From an uncultured Actinomycetes bacterium (lineage in GTDB: Bacteria; Actinomycetota; Thermoleophilia; UBA2241), in the NCBI GenBank assembly GCA_963725665.1, contig CAVRZA010000003.1, positions 192,001 through 256,000 of the forward strand: DNA of 64,000 bases. The letters are read 5' to 3'. The translations under genes were made by a program, and so were the position numbers. This document shows positions 32,359-42,223 of the stretch, piece by piece. The notes under the pieces were generated by a model. That model had not been told where the DNA came from, did no database searches, and saw only the letters and a list, made by a program, of their open reading frames with translations. The number at the start of each line of letters is the position of its first letter. Positions within the stretch are counted from its first letter, which is position 1.

Positions 32359-33318
32359 GTGTCCGGCCGAGACCTCATCCCCTGCTCCGACCCCGCCCTC
32401 GCCGACTTCCTCGAGCACCTCGAGTTCGAGCGTACCTTGAGTCCCCACACCGTGAGCGCGTACCGGCACGACCTGGAGTCGTTCGTCGGTTTTCTCGCTG
32501 CTCTCGGCCGCGAGCCTGCGACCTACCGCGAGGGCGACGTGCGCTCGTACTTCGACGGTCCCGGCGGCGACGGATCGGCGAGCAGCGTGGCCCGGCGCAT
32601 GGCCGCGGTGCGCGGCTTCTGCCGCTTCCTCGTGCGCGAGGACAGACTCGAGCGCGACCCATCGGCTGGACTCAGGACGCCGAAACGCCCGCAGGCGCTG
32701 CCTGAGGTGCTCTCGGTCGACGAGGTCGAGGCACTCATCGCGCGTGCGGCCCTTCCCGGTGATCTGGGACAGCGTGACCTGGCTCTGATCGAGCTGCTCT
32801 ACGGCTGCGGCTTGCGCGCCTCCGAGATCGTCACCCTCCGCCTCGCCGACGTCGATCTCGAAGCTGGCCTGCTGCGCTGCGTTGGCAAGGGCGACAAGGA
32901 GCGGGTGGTCCCCATCGGCAGCCACGCGGCGGCCGCCGTGCGCCGCTACGTCGGCGGCGGCCGCCGCGTCCTCCTTCGCGGGCGCCGCCGCGACGAGCTC
33001 TTCGTGAACGCGCGCGGCGCTCCCCTCACGCGGCAGGGACTGCACTACCTCGTGCGACGTTTCGTGGAGCGCGCGGCCCTCGACCGCCACGTGAGCCCGC
33101 ACAGCTTCCGTCACTCGTTCGCCACCCACCTGCTGGCCGCCGGCGCCGACTTGCGCAGCGTGCAGGAGATGCTCGGGCACGCCGATGTGGCCACGACGCA
33201 GATCTACACGCACGTGACGGTGGAGCATCTGCGCGAGACCTACTTCGCCACCCATCCGCGGGCGCGCAGGCGGGGGCCGGGGCCCGAGGTGACGTCGGAC
33301 CGGGAGGCGACGCCGTGA
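32359..33318 (+). CDS. xerD: Site-specific tyrosine recombinase XerD
   Basis: LLYGCGLRASE, GKGDKER, SPHSFRHSFATHLL, LGHADVATTQIYTHV. Confidence 0.88.
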   Translation: MSGRDLIPCSDPALADFLEHLEFERTLSPHTVSAYRHDLESFVGFLAALGREPATYREGDVRSYFDGPGGDGSASSVARRMAAVRGFCRFLVREDRLERDPSAGLRTPKRPQALPEVLSVDEVEALIARAALPGDLGQRDLALIELLYGCGLRASEIVTLRLADVDLEAGLLRCVGKGDKERVVPIGSHAAAAVRRYVGGGRRVLLRGRRRDELFVNARGAPLTRQGLHYLVRRFVERAALDRHVSPHSFRHSFATHLLAAGADLRSVQEMLGHADVATTQIYTHVTVEHLRETYFATHPRARRRGPGPEVTSDREATP

Positions 33319-34451
33319 GCAAGGCTTTCGTCTGTGTGCTCGATGGTGTCGGTGCCGGGGAGCTGCCGGACGCGGCGGCCTTCGGCGATGCCGGCGCCAA
33401 CACCCTGCTGCACACGCTGCAGCGCACGCGCGTCGCGCTGCCCAACCTCGGCACCCTGGGCCTCGGCGAGGCCGTGGGCTACCCCCTCGGTCCTGCCCGC
33501 TCCGACGCGACCTTCGGGCGCCTGCTTGAAAGGGCGCCCGGCAAGGACACGACCACCGGGCACTGGGAGATGATGGGGCTCGTCCTGGAGCATGCCTTCC
33601 CGACCTACCCGCACGGCTTCCCGCCGGAGGTCGTCGAGCCGTTCGAGGCCGCCGTCGGTCGCCGCGTGCTGGGCAACAAGCCGGCCTCGGGCACCGGCAT
33701 CATCGACGAGCTCGGCGCCGAGCACATCGCCACCGGCAGGCCGATCCTCTACACGTCGGCCGACTCCGTGTTCCAGCTCGCCTGCCACGAGGAGGTCGTC
33801 TCCGTCGTGCAGCTCTACGACTGGTGCCTCGCGGCGCGCGGCCTGCTGGCCGGGCGGCACGGCGTCGGGCGGGTCATCGCCAGGCCCTTCGTGGGCCGCC
33901 CCGGCGCCTTCGAGCGCACGCGCAACCGGCGCGACTTCTCGCTGCCGCCGTCGGGGCCGACCTACCTCGACCTGCTGGCCGAGCGCGGCGTGCCGGTCGT
34001 CGGCGTGGGCAAGATCGGCGAGATCTTCACCATGCGCGGCATCGGGGAGAGCCATCACATGGAGTCCAACGGCGACGGATTACGCCAGAGTTTGAGCCTC
34101 CTACGCCGGCTCGAGCATGGGTTCCTCTACACCAACCTGGTCGACTTCGACATGATCTGGGGTCACCGCAACGACGTCGAGGGCTTCGCCGCCGGCCTCG
34201 CCGAGGTCGATAGCTTCGTGCCCGAGCTTGTCGCCGCGCTGGGGGCGGATGATCTGCTCATCTTCTGCGCCGACCACGGCGTCGACCCGACGACCGAGGG
34301 TTACGACCACACACGGGAGTACTCGCCTCTGGCGGCGCTCGGCCTCGGGGGCGGACGCTACGACGGGCTGCTCGAGGACGTCGGCGCGACGGTCTTCCAG
34401 CGCCTCGTGGGGGAGCAGCCGCCGCTCATCGGCTCGGTCATCGGCTCATGA
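33315..34451 (+). CDS. deoB: Phosphopentomutase
   Basis: VLDGVGAG, GKDTTTGHWE, YTSADSV, NLVDFD, GHRND, HTREY. Confidence 0.95.
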   Translation: MSKAFVCVLDGVGAGELPDAAAFGDAGANTLLHTLQRTRVALPNLGTLGLGEAVGYPLGPARSDATFGRLLERAPGKDTTTGHWEMMGLVLEHAFPTYPHGFPPEVVEPFEAAVGRRVLGNKPASGTGIIDELGAEHIATGRPILYTSADSVFQLACHEEVVSVVQLYDWCLAARGLLAGRHGVGRVIARPFVGRPGAFERTRNRRDFSLPPSGPTYLDLLAERGVPVVGVGKIGEIFTMRGIGESHHMESNGDGLRQSLSLLRRLEHGFLYTNLVDFDMIWGHRNDVEGFAAGLAEVDSFVPELVAALGADDLLIFCADHGVDPTTEGYDHTREYSPLAALGLGGGRYDGLLEDVGATVFQRLVGEQPPLIGSVIGS

Positions 34452-35203
34452 CGAGTGACGTCGCCGACGGAGCGACGGTCCGCGCGCTCGTGTCGGGTGA
34501 AGGGATCGCGGCCCACAGCGCGGTCGTCTTCGGCTCGGGGCTCGCCGTGGTGCCCGCCGGCGCAGACGTCGACGGCGAGCTCGACTACGCTGCTCTGGGA
34601 TGGCCGGAGCTCGGGGTCGAGGGGCACGCGGGCCGGCTTGTCGTGGTGACGCTCCAGGGCAAGCGCGTGTTGCTCGCTTGCGGGCGACCGCACCTCTATG
34701 AGGGCTGGTCGAGCGAGGAACTGGCGCGACCCGTATCCGATCTCGCCTCGTGGGGGGTCCGCCGCCTGCTGGTGACGAACGCCTGCGGGGGCTTGAGCGC
34801 GCGCACGCCGCCGGGCTCGGTGGTGGTCGTCGATGAGGTGGTCGACCTGCAAGAAGCGCCGGCGGTTGAGCCAGAGGTGCTGCCGGCGTCGAGCCCGGCG
34901 TGGGCCGCGCGCTGTGTGGAGCGGCTGGCGCCGTGGTTCCCCGTGGTGCGCGGGCGCTACGTCGCCGTACCGGGCCCGCAGTTCGAGACCGCGGCCGAGG
35001 CGCGCTGGCTGGCGGGCTACGGCGACGCCGTCGGCATGTCGACGGCGCCCGAGGTGCGCGCGGCGCGCGAGCACGGCCTTGAGATGGCCGTGCTCGCGCT
35101 GGTAGTCAATCGCTCGGGCGCTTCCGTGGGGCACGACGAGGTCCTCGTGGCGGCGCGTGGGATGGCCGCGCGGCTGCGCGAGGCCCTCCCGGCGATCCTG
35201 TAG
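34448..35203 (+). CDS. punA: Purine nucleoside phosphorylase
   Basis: FGSGL, GHAG, GRPHLYEG, TNACG, GPQFET, VGMST. Confidence 0.88.
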   Translation: MTSDVADGATVRALVSGEGIAAHSAVVFGSGLAVVPAGADVDGELDYAALGWPELGVEGHAGRLVVVTLQGKRVLLACGRPHLYEGWSSEELARPVSDLASWGVRRLLVTNACGGLSARTPPGSVVVVDEVVDLQEAPAVEPEVLPASSPAWAARCVERLAPWFPVVRGRYVAVPGPQFETAAEARWLAGYGDAVGMSTAPEVRAAREHGLEMAVLALVVNRSGASVGHDEVLVAARGMAARLREALPAIL

Positions 35204-35264
35204 GCGGGTCCGGGTTCCAGGGCCGGAGAGGCGCGAGGAGTCGAGGGAAGAAGCGGAGGCCGGG

Positions 35265-36587
35265 TTGGACGTGGTGCGCGACATCATCGCCTTCAAGCGT
35301 GACGGCGGCGAGCTCGACGAAGAGAAGCTCGCCGCCTTCGTGCGCGGCGTCGTCGACGGCTCGATCGCCACCTATCAGGCAAGCGCCCTCCTCATGGCGA
35401 TCGTCCTGCGCGGCTTCAGCCGCGGCGAGACGATCGCTCTTGCGCACGCCATGGTGGCCAGCGGCAAGACTCTCGACCTCTCGGCCGTGCGCCGCCCTGT
35501 GCTCGACAAGCACTCGAGCGGGGGCGTGGGCGACAAGGTGACGCTCGCCCTGGCGCCGCTGGTCGCCGCCTGCGGCGGCGTCTTCGGCAAGATGTCGGGC
35601 CGCGGCCTCGGGCACACCGGCGGCACGCTCGACAAGCTGGAGTCGATCCCGGGCTTCCGCGTGCAGCTCTCGCAGGGCGAGTTCCTCCATCAGCTCGAGC
35701 GCATCGGCGTCGCCGTCACGGCGCAGAGCGAGCGCATCGTGCCCGCCGACCGCATCCTGTACGCGCTGCGCGACGTCACGGCCACGGTCGAGAACGACGG
35801 TCTCATCGCGGCCAGCATCATGGCGAAGAAGATCGCCACCGGCACGGCGGCCATCGTGCTCGACCTCAAGGTGGGCCGCGGGGCCTTCATGCGCGACCTC
35901 GAGCAGGCGCAGGACCTCGCCGGGCTGTGCGCCGCCGTCGGCGCCTTCTATGGGCGGCCGGTCACCTCGTTCTTCACCGCCATGGACGCGCCGCTCGGCC
36001 TCGCCGTCGGCAACCGGCTCGAGGTCGAGGAGGCCTGGCAGGTGCTCAACGACGGTGGACCGCCCGATGTGCGCGAGCTCGTGCTCACCCTCGCCGGCGC
36101 GCTGCTCGCTCTCTCGGACCTGGGTCTCACCGAGGAGGAAGGGCGAGCGCGCGCGGAGCGCGCGCTCGCCCAGGGCGCCGCGGCGGAGGTCTTCCAGCGC
36201 TGGTGCGCCTCGCAGGGCGGGACCTGGCGCAGGGGCGACGGTCACCACCTCGGCGCCGCGGAGGCGCGTGCAGAGCGCGACGGGTACGTGACCAAGGTCG
36301 ACGCGTTGCTGGTCGGGCGGGCGGCCCAGGCGGCGGGTGCCGGCCGCCAACGCGTCGACGACGTCATCGACCACGCGGCCGGCGTCGTGCTTGCGCACAA
36401 GCCCGGCGACGCGGTCGATGCCGGTGAGCTGCTGGCGACCGCCTACGCCCGCGAGACGGCGCGCAGGCGGGCGGCCGGTGCGCTGCTTGCGCAGGCGTTC
36501 AACGTCGGCGGCGACGCGCCGGAGCCGGCCCCGCTCGTGCTCGGGAGGATGCGGCACGAAGCGGCGTCCGGCGTCGACGGGGAGTGA
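35265..36587 (+). CDS. pdp: Pyrimidine-nucleoside/thymidine phosphorylase
   Basis: DKHSSGGVGDK, KMSGRGLGHTGGTLDKLESIPG, LYALRDVT; TTG start after GGAGG. Confidence 0.93.
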   Translation: MDVVRDIIAFKRDGGELDEEKLAAFVRGVVDGSIATYQASALLMAIVLRGFSRGETIALAHAMVASGKTLDLSAVRRPVLDKHSSGGVGDKVTLALAPLVAACGGVFGKMSGRGLGHTGGTLDKLESIPGFRVQLSQGEFLHQLERIGVAVTAQSERIVPADRILYALRDVTATVENDGLIAASIMAKKIATGTAAIVLDLKVGRGAFMRDLEQAQDLAGLCAAVGAFYGRPVTSFFTAMDAPLGLAVGNRLEVEEAWQVLNDGGPPDVRELVLTLAGALLALSDLGLTEEEGRARAERALAQGAAAEVFQRWCASQGGTWRRGDGHHLGAAEARAERDGYVTKVDALLVGRAAQAAGAGRQRVDDVIDHAAGVVLAHKPGDAVDAGELLATAYARETARRRAAGALLAQAFNVGGDAPEPAPLVLGRMRHEAASGVDGE

Positions 36588-36629
36588 GCGTGCGGCCCGA
36601 CGGTGGTAGCGGCAGGGGGCGGGCCGGCG

Positions 36630-36998
36630 TCAGCCCGACGTGTCGACGCGTCCGCTGTGATCGCGCCGGCGGCTGCGGGCATCGGCCAGGGTGATGACGG
36701 CCGCAGGCGTGCCGGAGGCTTCGGCTTGCGTCTCGTCGCGCTGCGCCGAGCCTCCGCGTCGGTGTCTCAGGAGACGCGCGCCCAGCCTGCCGCCCACGAG
36801 CTGGCCGGCGACGCAGGCGCTGACCGTGAACGGGATGAAGGTGTACGAGTAACCGGCCGCCATGCGCAGCAGGAAGATGAACGGGATGGGCACGTGGATG
36901 GAGAGGAACCACCATAGCGAGTATCTGCGTGTCGTGATGCGCCACACGCCGAAGGGCAGCGTGATCGCAAAGACGGCGGCTATGAGGGCAAAGGCCAT
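36630..36998 (-). CDS. Small membrane protein
   Basis: Hydrophobic ORF with LPFGVWR...WWFLSIHVPIPFI. Confidence 0.7.
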   Translation of the reverse strand: MAFALIAAVFAITLPFGVWRITTRRYSLWWFLSIHVPIPFIFLLRMAAGYSYTFIPFTVSACVAGQLVGGRLGARLLRHRRGGSAQRDETQAEASGTPAAVITLADARSRRRDHSGRVDTSG

Positions 36999-37216
36999 GG
37001 GTCAGAGGGATCGGTCGTGGGGACGCATCGACGACAGTATAGCGGACTTAGGCAGTCCGGTACTCGGCCGCCCGTTTCTCCGGGTGCGCTGGTGACCGGC
37101 CAAGGCCTCTGCGCTGGCGGCGGGCGGCGCGTCTCGCGCCGCCGGCCGCCCGGATGTCTCCGTCGACCCCCTGGCCCAGCCACACGGGCGGTCACGGTCA
37201 GCGCTAAGGAGGCGAC

Positions 37217-37786
37217 GTGCGCGTCGTAGGGGGCGCGTGGCGCGGCCGAGCGCTCAAAGCGCCACCCGGCCGCGCCACGCGCCCCACTTCCGACAAGGTG
37301 CGCGAGGCCGTCTTCGACGTACTCGAGTCGCTCCTGCGCGAGGAGGCCGCAGGGTGGGACGGCCAAGCGGTGCTCGACCTCTTCGCCGGCAGCGGCGCCC
37401 TGGGCATCGAGGCGCTCAGCCGTGGCGCGCCGCGCTGCACCTTCGTCGAGCGCGCGCGGCCGGTGCTGAGCGCCCTGCGCGAGAACCTGGCGCGCGTCGG
37501 CGGCGACGAGGCACGAGCGCGCCTCGTCGCCGCCGACGCGCGCCAGGCCCTGCAGGCTGACGCTGCCGACGCAACTGTGTATACTCTCGTCCTCGTGGAC
37601 CCGCCCTATGCCCGGTACGCCGCGGTCGAGCGGGACCTCGCCCGGCTCCTTCCGCGCGTGCTTGCGCCGGGTGCGCTCATCGTTGTCGAGACGGCGGCAG
37701 GACAGGCCGTGGATCTTCCCTGGAGGGAGAGGAGAGTGAAGGTGTACGGGGACACGAAAGTAGTCTTCCTCGAGGCCGACGCCTGA
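37217..37786 (+). CDS. rsmD: 16S rRNA m2G966 methyltransferase
   Basis: TRPTSDKVREA, LDLFAGSGALGIEALSRGA, DPPY. Confidence 0.95.
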   Translation: MRVVGGAWRGRALKAPPGRATRPTSDKVREAVFDVLESLLREEAAGWDGQAVLDLFAGSGALGIEALSRGAPRCTFVERARPVLSALRENLARVGGDEARARLVAADARQALQADAADATVYTLVLVDPPYARYAAVERDLARLLPRVLAPGALIVVETAAGQAVDLPWRERRVKVYGDTKVVFLEADA

Positions 37787-38283
37787 TGCCGCAGGACGCC
37801 ACCGCTATCTGTCCGGGCACCTTCGATCCCGTCACCGTCGGTCACATCGACATCATCACTCGCGGCGCGCAGACTTTCCGCACTGTGGTCGTCGGGCTCA
37901 TCGAGACGCCGCTGCGTAAGCAGCCCCTCTTCAGCGCCGACGAGCGCGAGCAGTTCCTGCGTCAAGCGCTCGCGCATCTGCCCAACGTCGAGGTCGAGCG
38001 CTTCAACACGCTCGTCGTCGAGTTCGCCCACAAGTGGAAGGCGGGCGCCATCCTCAAGGGTCTGCGGGCCATCTCGGACTTCGAGTATGAGTTCGCCATG
38101 GCGCAGATGAATAGGAAGCTGGCCCCCGACATCGAAACTATCTACATGATGGCATCCCCCGAATACAGCTACCTGAGCTCGAGCGGGGTGAAGGAGATCG
38201 CCACCTTCGGCGGCTCCGTCGCGGACCTCGTGCCGCCGATCGTCGCGAGCCGCTTCGCCGAGCTGTTCCCGAGGGAGGGCTAA
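37786..38283 (+). CDS. coaD: Pantetheine-phosphate adenylyltransferase
   Basis: PGTFDPVTVGH, KGLRAISDFEYE, LSSSGVKE. Confidence 0.97.
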   Translation: MPQDATAICPGTFDPVTVGHIDIITRGAQTFRTVVVGLIETPLRKQPLFSADEREQFLRQALAHLPNVEVERFNTLVVEFAHKWKAGAILKGLRAISDFEYEFAMAQMNRKLAPDIETIYMMASPEYSYLSSSGVKEIATFGGSVADLVPPIVASRFAELFPREG

Positions 38284-38310
38284 AAGGGCCCGCCAGGAGG
38301 TGCTCGACGA

Positions 38311-38772
38311 ATGGACGTCCTCGTACTGATCGACAAGCTCGACGACTTGATCCACAACGCGCGCTCTGTGCCCCTCACCGACAGCGTGATGCTCGACCGT
38401 GAGGAGATCTACGATCTGCTCGACCAGATGCGTTCGACCATCCCCGAGGAGATCAAGCAGGCGCGCTGGATCGTCAAGGAGCGCCAGGAGATGCTGGCTG
38501 AAGCCAAGACGGAGGCCGAACGCATCCAGGCCGAGGCGCAGGAGAAGGCCGAGCAGGCCGCCAGCGAGACCGAGGTCGTGCGCCTGGCGGAGAAGAACGC
38601 GCAGAAGATCATCGAGGACGCGCGCGACCGTGAGCGCGAGATCAGGCTCGGCGCCGAAGACTACGCCGACGAAGTCCTCAACAACCTCGAGGTGAATCTC
38701 GAGAAGTTCCTCGCCGCCGTGCGGCGCGGCCGCGAGCGGCTGCAGGGCCGCGAGGAAGAGGCGCAGATCTAG
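38311..38772 (+). CDS. Conserved coiled-coil protein downstream of coaD
   Basis: IPEEIKQARWIVKERQEML...GAEDYADEVL; conserved coaD-DUF177 context. Confidence 0.85.
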   Translation: MDVLVLIDKLDDLIHNARSVPLTDSVMLDREEIYDLLDQMRSTIPEEIKQARWIVKERQEMLAEAKTEAERIQAEAQEKAEQAASETEVVRLAEKNAQKIIEDARDREREIRLGAEDYADEVLNNLEVNLEKFLAAVRRGRERLQGREEEAQI

Positions 38773-38814
38773 CGTCGGCGTTTCTCCCCGTACGCTACCG
38801 GGAAGCCGTTCGTC

Positions 38815-39279
38815 ATGCGACGGTTCGATCTGCGTTCCCTGTCGTTCGGCCGTTCCGACCAGGCCGCGTGCCGTCTGCCGGTCGAGCTCGATCCCCTCGT
38901 CCTCGGCGGCGAGCGCTACGCAGTGCCCGGCGATCGGGTCGACCTCTCGCTCGCGGCCTCACGCGTGGGCGCGAAGCTCGTGTTGCAGGGAGCCTTCTCG
39001 GCCCGGCTCCACGGCGCCTGCGCCCGCTGTCTCGGCGACGTCGACCTGGCTCTCGACGTGGGCGGGACCGAGTACGTGGCCGACGGCGAGTCCCAGGGAG
39101 TGGAGGAGGGGGAGGAGGCCTACGTGCGTGGCTTCCAGCTCCAGGCGGACCGCTGGGCCCGCGACCTGCTCGCCGACGCTCTGCCGGCGCGGCTCCTCTG
39201 CCGCGAGGACTGCCGCGGCCTGTGCCCCGTGTGCGGAGCGGACCTGAACGAGGCCGGTGAGGCGCACGGTCACGAGTGA
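38815..39279 (+). CDS. DUF177/YceD family protein
   Basis: CARCL and LCREDCRGLCPVCGADLN; precedes rpmF. Confidence 0.9.
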   Translation: MRRFDLRSLSFGRSDQAACRLPVELDPLVLGGERYAVPGDRVDLSLAASRVGAKLVLQGAFSARLHGACARCLGDVDLALDVGGTEYVADGESQGVEEGEEAYVRGFQLQADRWARDLLADALPARLLCREDCRGLCPVCGADLNEAGEAHGHE

Positions 39280-39355
39280 CGACGCTGGCCGGTCGGTGGA
39301 CGCGGAGCGACCGCTTCGGCTATACTCCCGCGTTTGCAGCCCACGAGGAGACGAG

Positions 39356-39538
39356 ATGCCCGTTCCCAAAAGGAAGACGTCGCAGAGGAAACGCGACCAG
39401 CGGCGCGCGCAGCAGAAGCTGGACGCCGCGCAGCTCAGCTACTGTCCGCAGTGTCACAGCCCCAAGCTGCCTCACCGCGTCTGCCCCAAGTGCGGCACCT
39501 ACAAGGGGCGCGAGATCATCCCCATGGAGCAGAAGTAG
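39356..39538 (+). CDS. rpmF: 50S ribosomal protein L32 (zinc-binding form)
   Basis: MPVPKRKTS, CPQC, PHRVCPKCGTYKG. Confidence 0.97.
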   Translation: MPVPKRKTSQRKRDQRRAQQKLDAAQLSYCPQCHSPKLPHRVCPKCGTYKGREIIPMEQK

Positions 39539-39640
39539 GGTCCTCCGCACTTCGCTGCTGATATCCTGTACGCGGGGCCGCTCGACCCCGGGGTGACGCC
39601 GGCGGGCGACGGCGCCCGCAACCGAACCGGGTGTGGTGTG

Positions 39641-40702
39641 ATGAGATCTGTCTACGTGGCCTCGACGGAGGGTAGCGGAGGCAAGACCACCCTCTCGCTC
39701 GGTCTCGCCCTGGCTCTTCGTCACCGCGGCATCGCCGCAGGCTACTTCAAGCCCGTCGGTCTCCTGCCCCAGCGGACCGATACCCACCTCGTCGACGAGG
39801 ACGCGGCCTTCGCGGCCGGGCTCCTCGGTCTCGACGACGCGCTGGAGGACATCTGCCCCGTCGTCCTCGACGAGCGAGCGCTGCACGACGTGCTCACCGG
39901 TTCCGACGTCGACGCCATGGCGCGCGTCGAGGCCGCCTTCAGGCGCGTGAGCGAAGGCAAGGACATGGTCGTCTGCGAGGGTCTGGGTGAGATCTGGCAG
40001 GGACGCTTTCTGCGTACCAGCGGCGCCGACGTGGTGCAGCAGCTCGATCTCAAGGCGCTCCTCGTGGCCAAGTTCGCCGGCGCGCGCCTGCTCGACGACA
40101 TCGCCTACGTGAAGGACGGCCTGCGGGCGCGCCTGTTGGGAGTGATCTTCAACATGGTGCCGGAGGCGCGGCTGGCCGTTGTCGAGAACGAGTACAAGCC
40201 GTATCTCTACGGGCAAGGCATCGCGACCTACGGTGTGATCCTCACCGACAAGCGCCTGCTCGCCGTGACGGTGGGCGAGGTCGCCCACGCGCTCGAGGGG
40301 ACCTACGTGTGTGGCGAGGAGTACGAACACGCCCTCGTCGAGAGCTACATGATCGGCGCCATGAGCCCCGAGCACGCGCTGCGCTTCTTCGAGAAGGAGG
40401 ACCACAAGGCCGTCATCGTCGGCGGCGACCGTGCCGAGCTGATCCTGGCCGCACTCGAGACGGCGACGGCGGTCGTCGTGCTCACCGGCGACTACGTGCC
40501 CAGCCCGGCGGTGCTGAGCCGCGCCGAGGAGCTCGGCGTGCCGATGATATCGGTCGCCTTCGACACGGTGACGGCGGCTGAGGGCGTGCGCCGTCTCTTT
40601 GGCCGCCTGCGCGTGAACGACCCGGCCAAGATCGACCTGGTGGCGCGTATCGTCGCGGAACGCGTCGACCTCACACGGCTGATCAGCGATCTCGGCAAAT
40701 GA
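39641..40702 (+). CDS. Pta N-terminal-like (BioD-like plus DRTGG) protein
   Basis: GSGGKTT, GYFKPVG, VVCEG, IVGGDR, VLTG; no Pta catalytic domain. Confidence 0.85.
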   Translation: MRSVYVASTEGSGGKTTLSLGLALALRHRGIAAGYFKPVGLLPQRTDTHLVDEDAAFAAGLLGLDDALEDICPVVLDERALHDVLTGSDVDAMARVEAAFRRVSEGKDMVVCEGLGEIWQGRFLRTSGADVVQQLDLKALLVAKFAGARLLDDIAYVKDGLRARLLGVIFNMVPEARLAVVENEYKPYLYGQGIATYGVILTDKRLLAVTVGEVAHALEGTYVCGEEYEHALVESYMIGAMSPEHALRFFEKEDHKAVIVGGDRAELILAALETATAVVVLTGDYVPSPAVLSRAEELGVPMISVAFDTVTAAEGVRRLFGRLRVNDPAKIDLVARIVAERVDLTRLISDLGK

Positions 40703-41805
40703 GCCGCGACGAGCTCCTGACGCCTCATGAGGTACACGAGCGCCTGACACGCGTTGCCAGTGACGTGACGGTCACCGTGGCGCTCGACGCGGCCGGTGGC
40801 GACAACGCGCCCGCCGAGGTCGTGAAGGGCGCCCTCGCCGTCGTCGGCGAGCGTCTGCGCGTGCTCCTCGTCGGTCCCGAAGAGAAGCTGCGCTCCCTGT
40901 CCGGCGTGTCGGGCAACCCGTTCATCGACATCGTGCACGCGCCCGATCTCATCGGCGCCAGCGACGAGCCGACCAAGGCGGTGCGCGGCAAGCCCGACTC
41001 CTCGCTCGTTGTGGCCGCAAGGCTGGTGGCCGAAGGCAGGGCAGACGCCTGCGTCTCGGCCGGCAACACGGGGGCGGTCGTCGTCGCCGGGCTCCTCCAC
41101 GTGCGGCGCATGAAGGGCGTCCTGCGACCGGCGATCTGCCAGCTGATGCCGGCGGTGCCTCTGCCCGTGGTACTGCTCGACGTCGGTGCCAACGCCGAGG
41201 TGCGGCCCGAGCACCTGCGTCAGTTCGCCGTCATGGGTCAGGTCTTCGCTAGCGAGGTGGTAGGCCTGCCAGACCCCCAGGTCGGACTCCTTTCGATCGG
41301 CGAGGAGCCGACCAAGGGGACGCCGGTCGTGATCGAGGCGCACAGGCTCTTGAGCGACGATCCCGCGGTCAACTTCTACGGCAACGTCGAGGGCTACGAC
41401 ATCATGGCGCGCGTCGTCGATGTGATCGTGACTGACGGCTTCAGTGGCAACGTGGCCTTGAAGGTGACGGAGGGCACGGCGAGGGTGATCCTCACGGAGA
41501 TCCGCAGCGCCGTGACTGGGTCCTGGCGAGCCAAGGTGGGAGCCTTGATCATGGCTCCCGACCTGCGCCGCATCCGCTCGGCGCTCGACCCCGAGGACTA
41601 CGGCGGCTCGTACCTCCTGGGTCTCAACGCCCCCGTCGTGATCGCCCACGGCAACTCACGTGCGCGCGGCATCGGCAACGCCGTAAGGACGGCGTCGCGG
41701 GCGGTGACGAGCAGCCTTCTACAGACGATCGCCGAACGGCTCGCCACTGCCGGTGCCGTTGCCAACGCCGAGCCGGCAGCGAGCGAGGTCGAGAGCCCCT
41801 CATGA
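40699..41805 (+). CDS. plsX: Phosphate acyltransferase PlsX
   Basis: ALDAAGGDNAP, SAGNTGA, LDVGAN, IGEEPTKG, DGFSGN. Confidence 0.96.
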   Translation: MSRDELLTPHEVHERLTRVASDVTVTVALDAAGGDNAPAEVVKGALAVVGERLRVLLVGPEEKLRSLSGVSGNPFIDIVHAPDLIGASDEPTKAVRGKPDSSLVVAARLVAEGRADACVSAGNTGAVVVAGLLHVRRMKGVLRPAICQLMPAVPLPVVLLDVGANAEVRPEHLRQFAVMGQVFASEVVGLPDPQVGLLSIGEEPTKGTPVVIEAHRLLSDDPAVNFYGNVEGYDIMARVVDVIVTDGFSGNVALKVTEGTARVILTEIRSAVTGSWRAKVGALIMAPDLRRIRSALDPEDYGGSYLLGLNAPVVIAHGNSRARGIGNAVRTASRAVTSSLLQTIAERLATAGAVANAEPAASEVESPS

Positions 41806-41947
41806 CGCCGCAGGGAGAGCCGCGACGGCCCTGGCGGCCGCGCGGGACAAGTCGCGTGATGGACATCGTAGCCTCACGACCGTGCGCCTGTTGCCCCTCC
41901 AGGGTTTCTGGTACAGTTACGCGCACACTCAAGGCCGGAGGTAGTCG

Positions 41948-42190
41948 ATGACGAGAGAAGAGATCTTCGAGCAGGTCAAGGTCATCCTGGTCGATACGCT
42001 GAGCGTTGACGAGGACAAGGTGACGATGGACGCTCGCTTCCAGGAAGACCTGGAGACCGATTCGCTCGATCTCGTGGAGCTCGTCATGACGATGGAGGAG
42101 AAGTTCGGCATCAAGATCACGGATGAGGAAGCGGCTGAGATCAAGACAGTCGGCGACGCCGTCGACTTCGTCCAGAAGCGCATCTCCTAG
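41948..42190 (+). CDS. acpP: Acyl carrier protein
   Basis: [14 protein letters not shown]. Confidence 0.97.
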   Translation: MTREEIFEQVKVILVDTLSVDEDKVTMDARFQEDLETDSLDLVELVMTMEEKFGIKITDEEAAEIKTVGDAVDFVQKRIS

Positions 42191-42223
42191 TCCTCGGGCC
42201 CATGGGGAAGGGGGTCGCCTCCC

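Noticed and set aside
32359-33318. Tyrosine recombinase as a mobile-element integrase
   Set aside because: Typical XerD sequence in the conserved pyrG-xerD-deoB chromosomal context.
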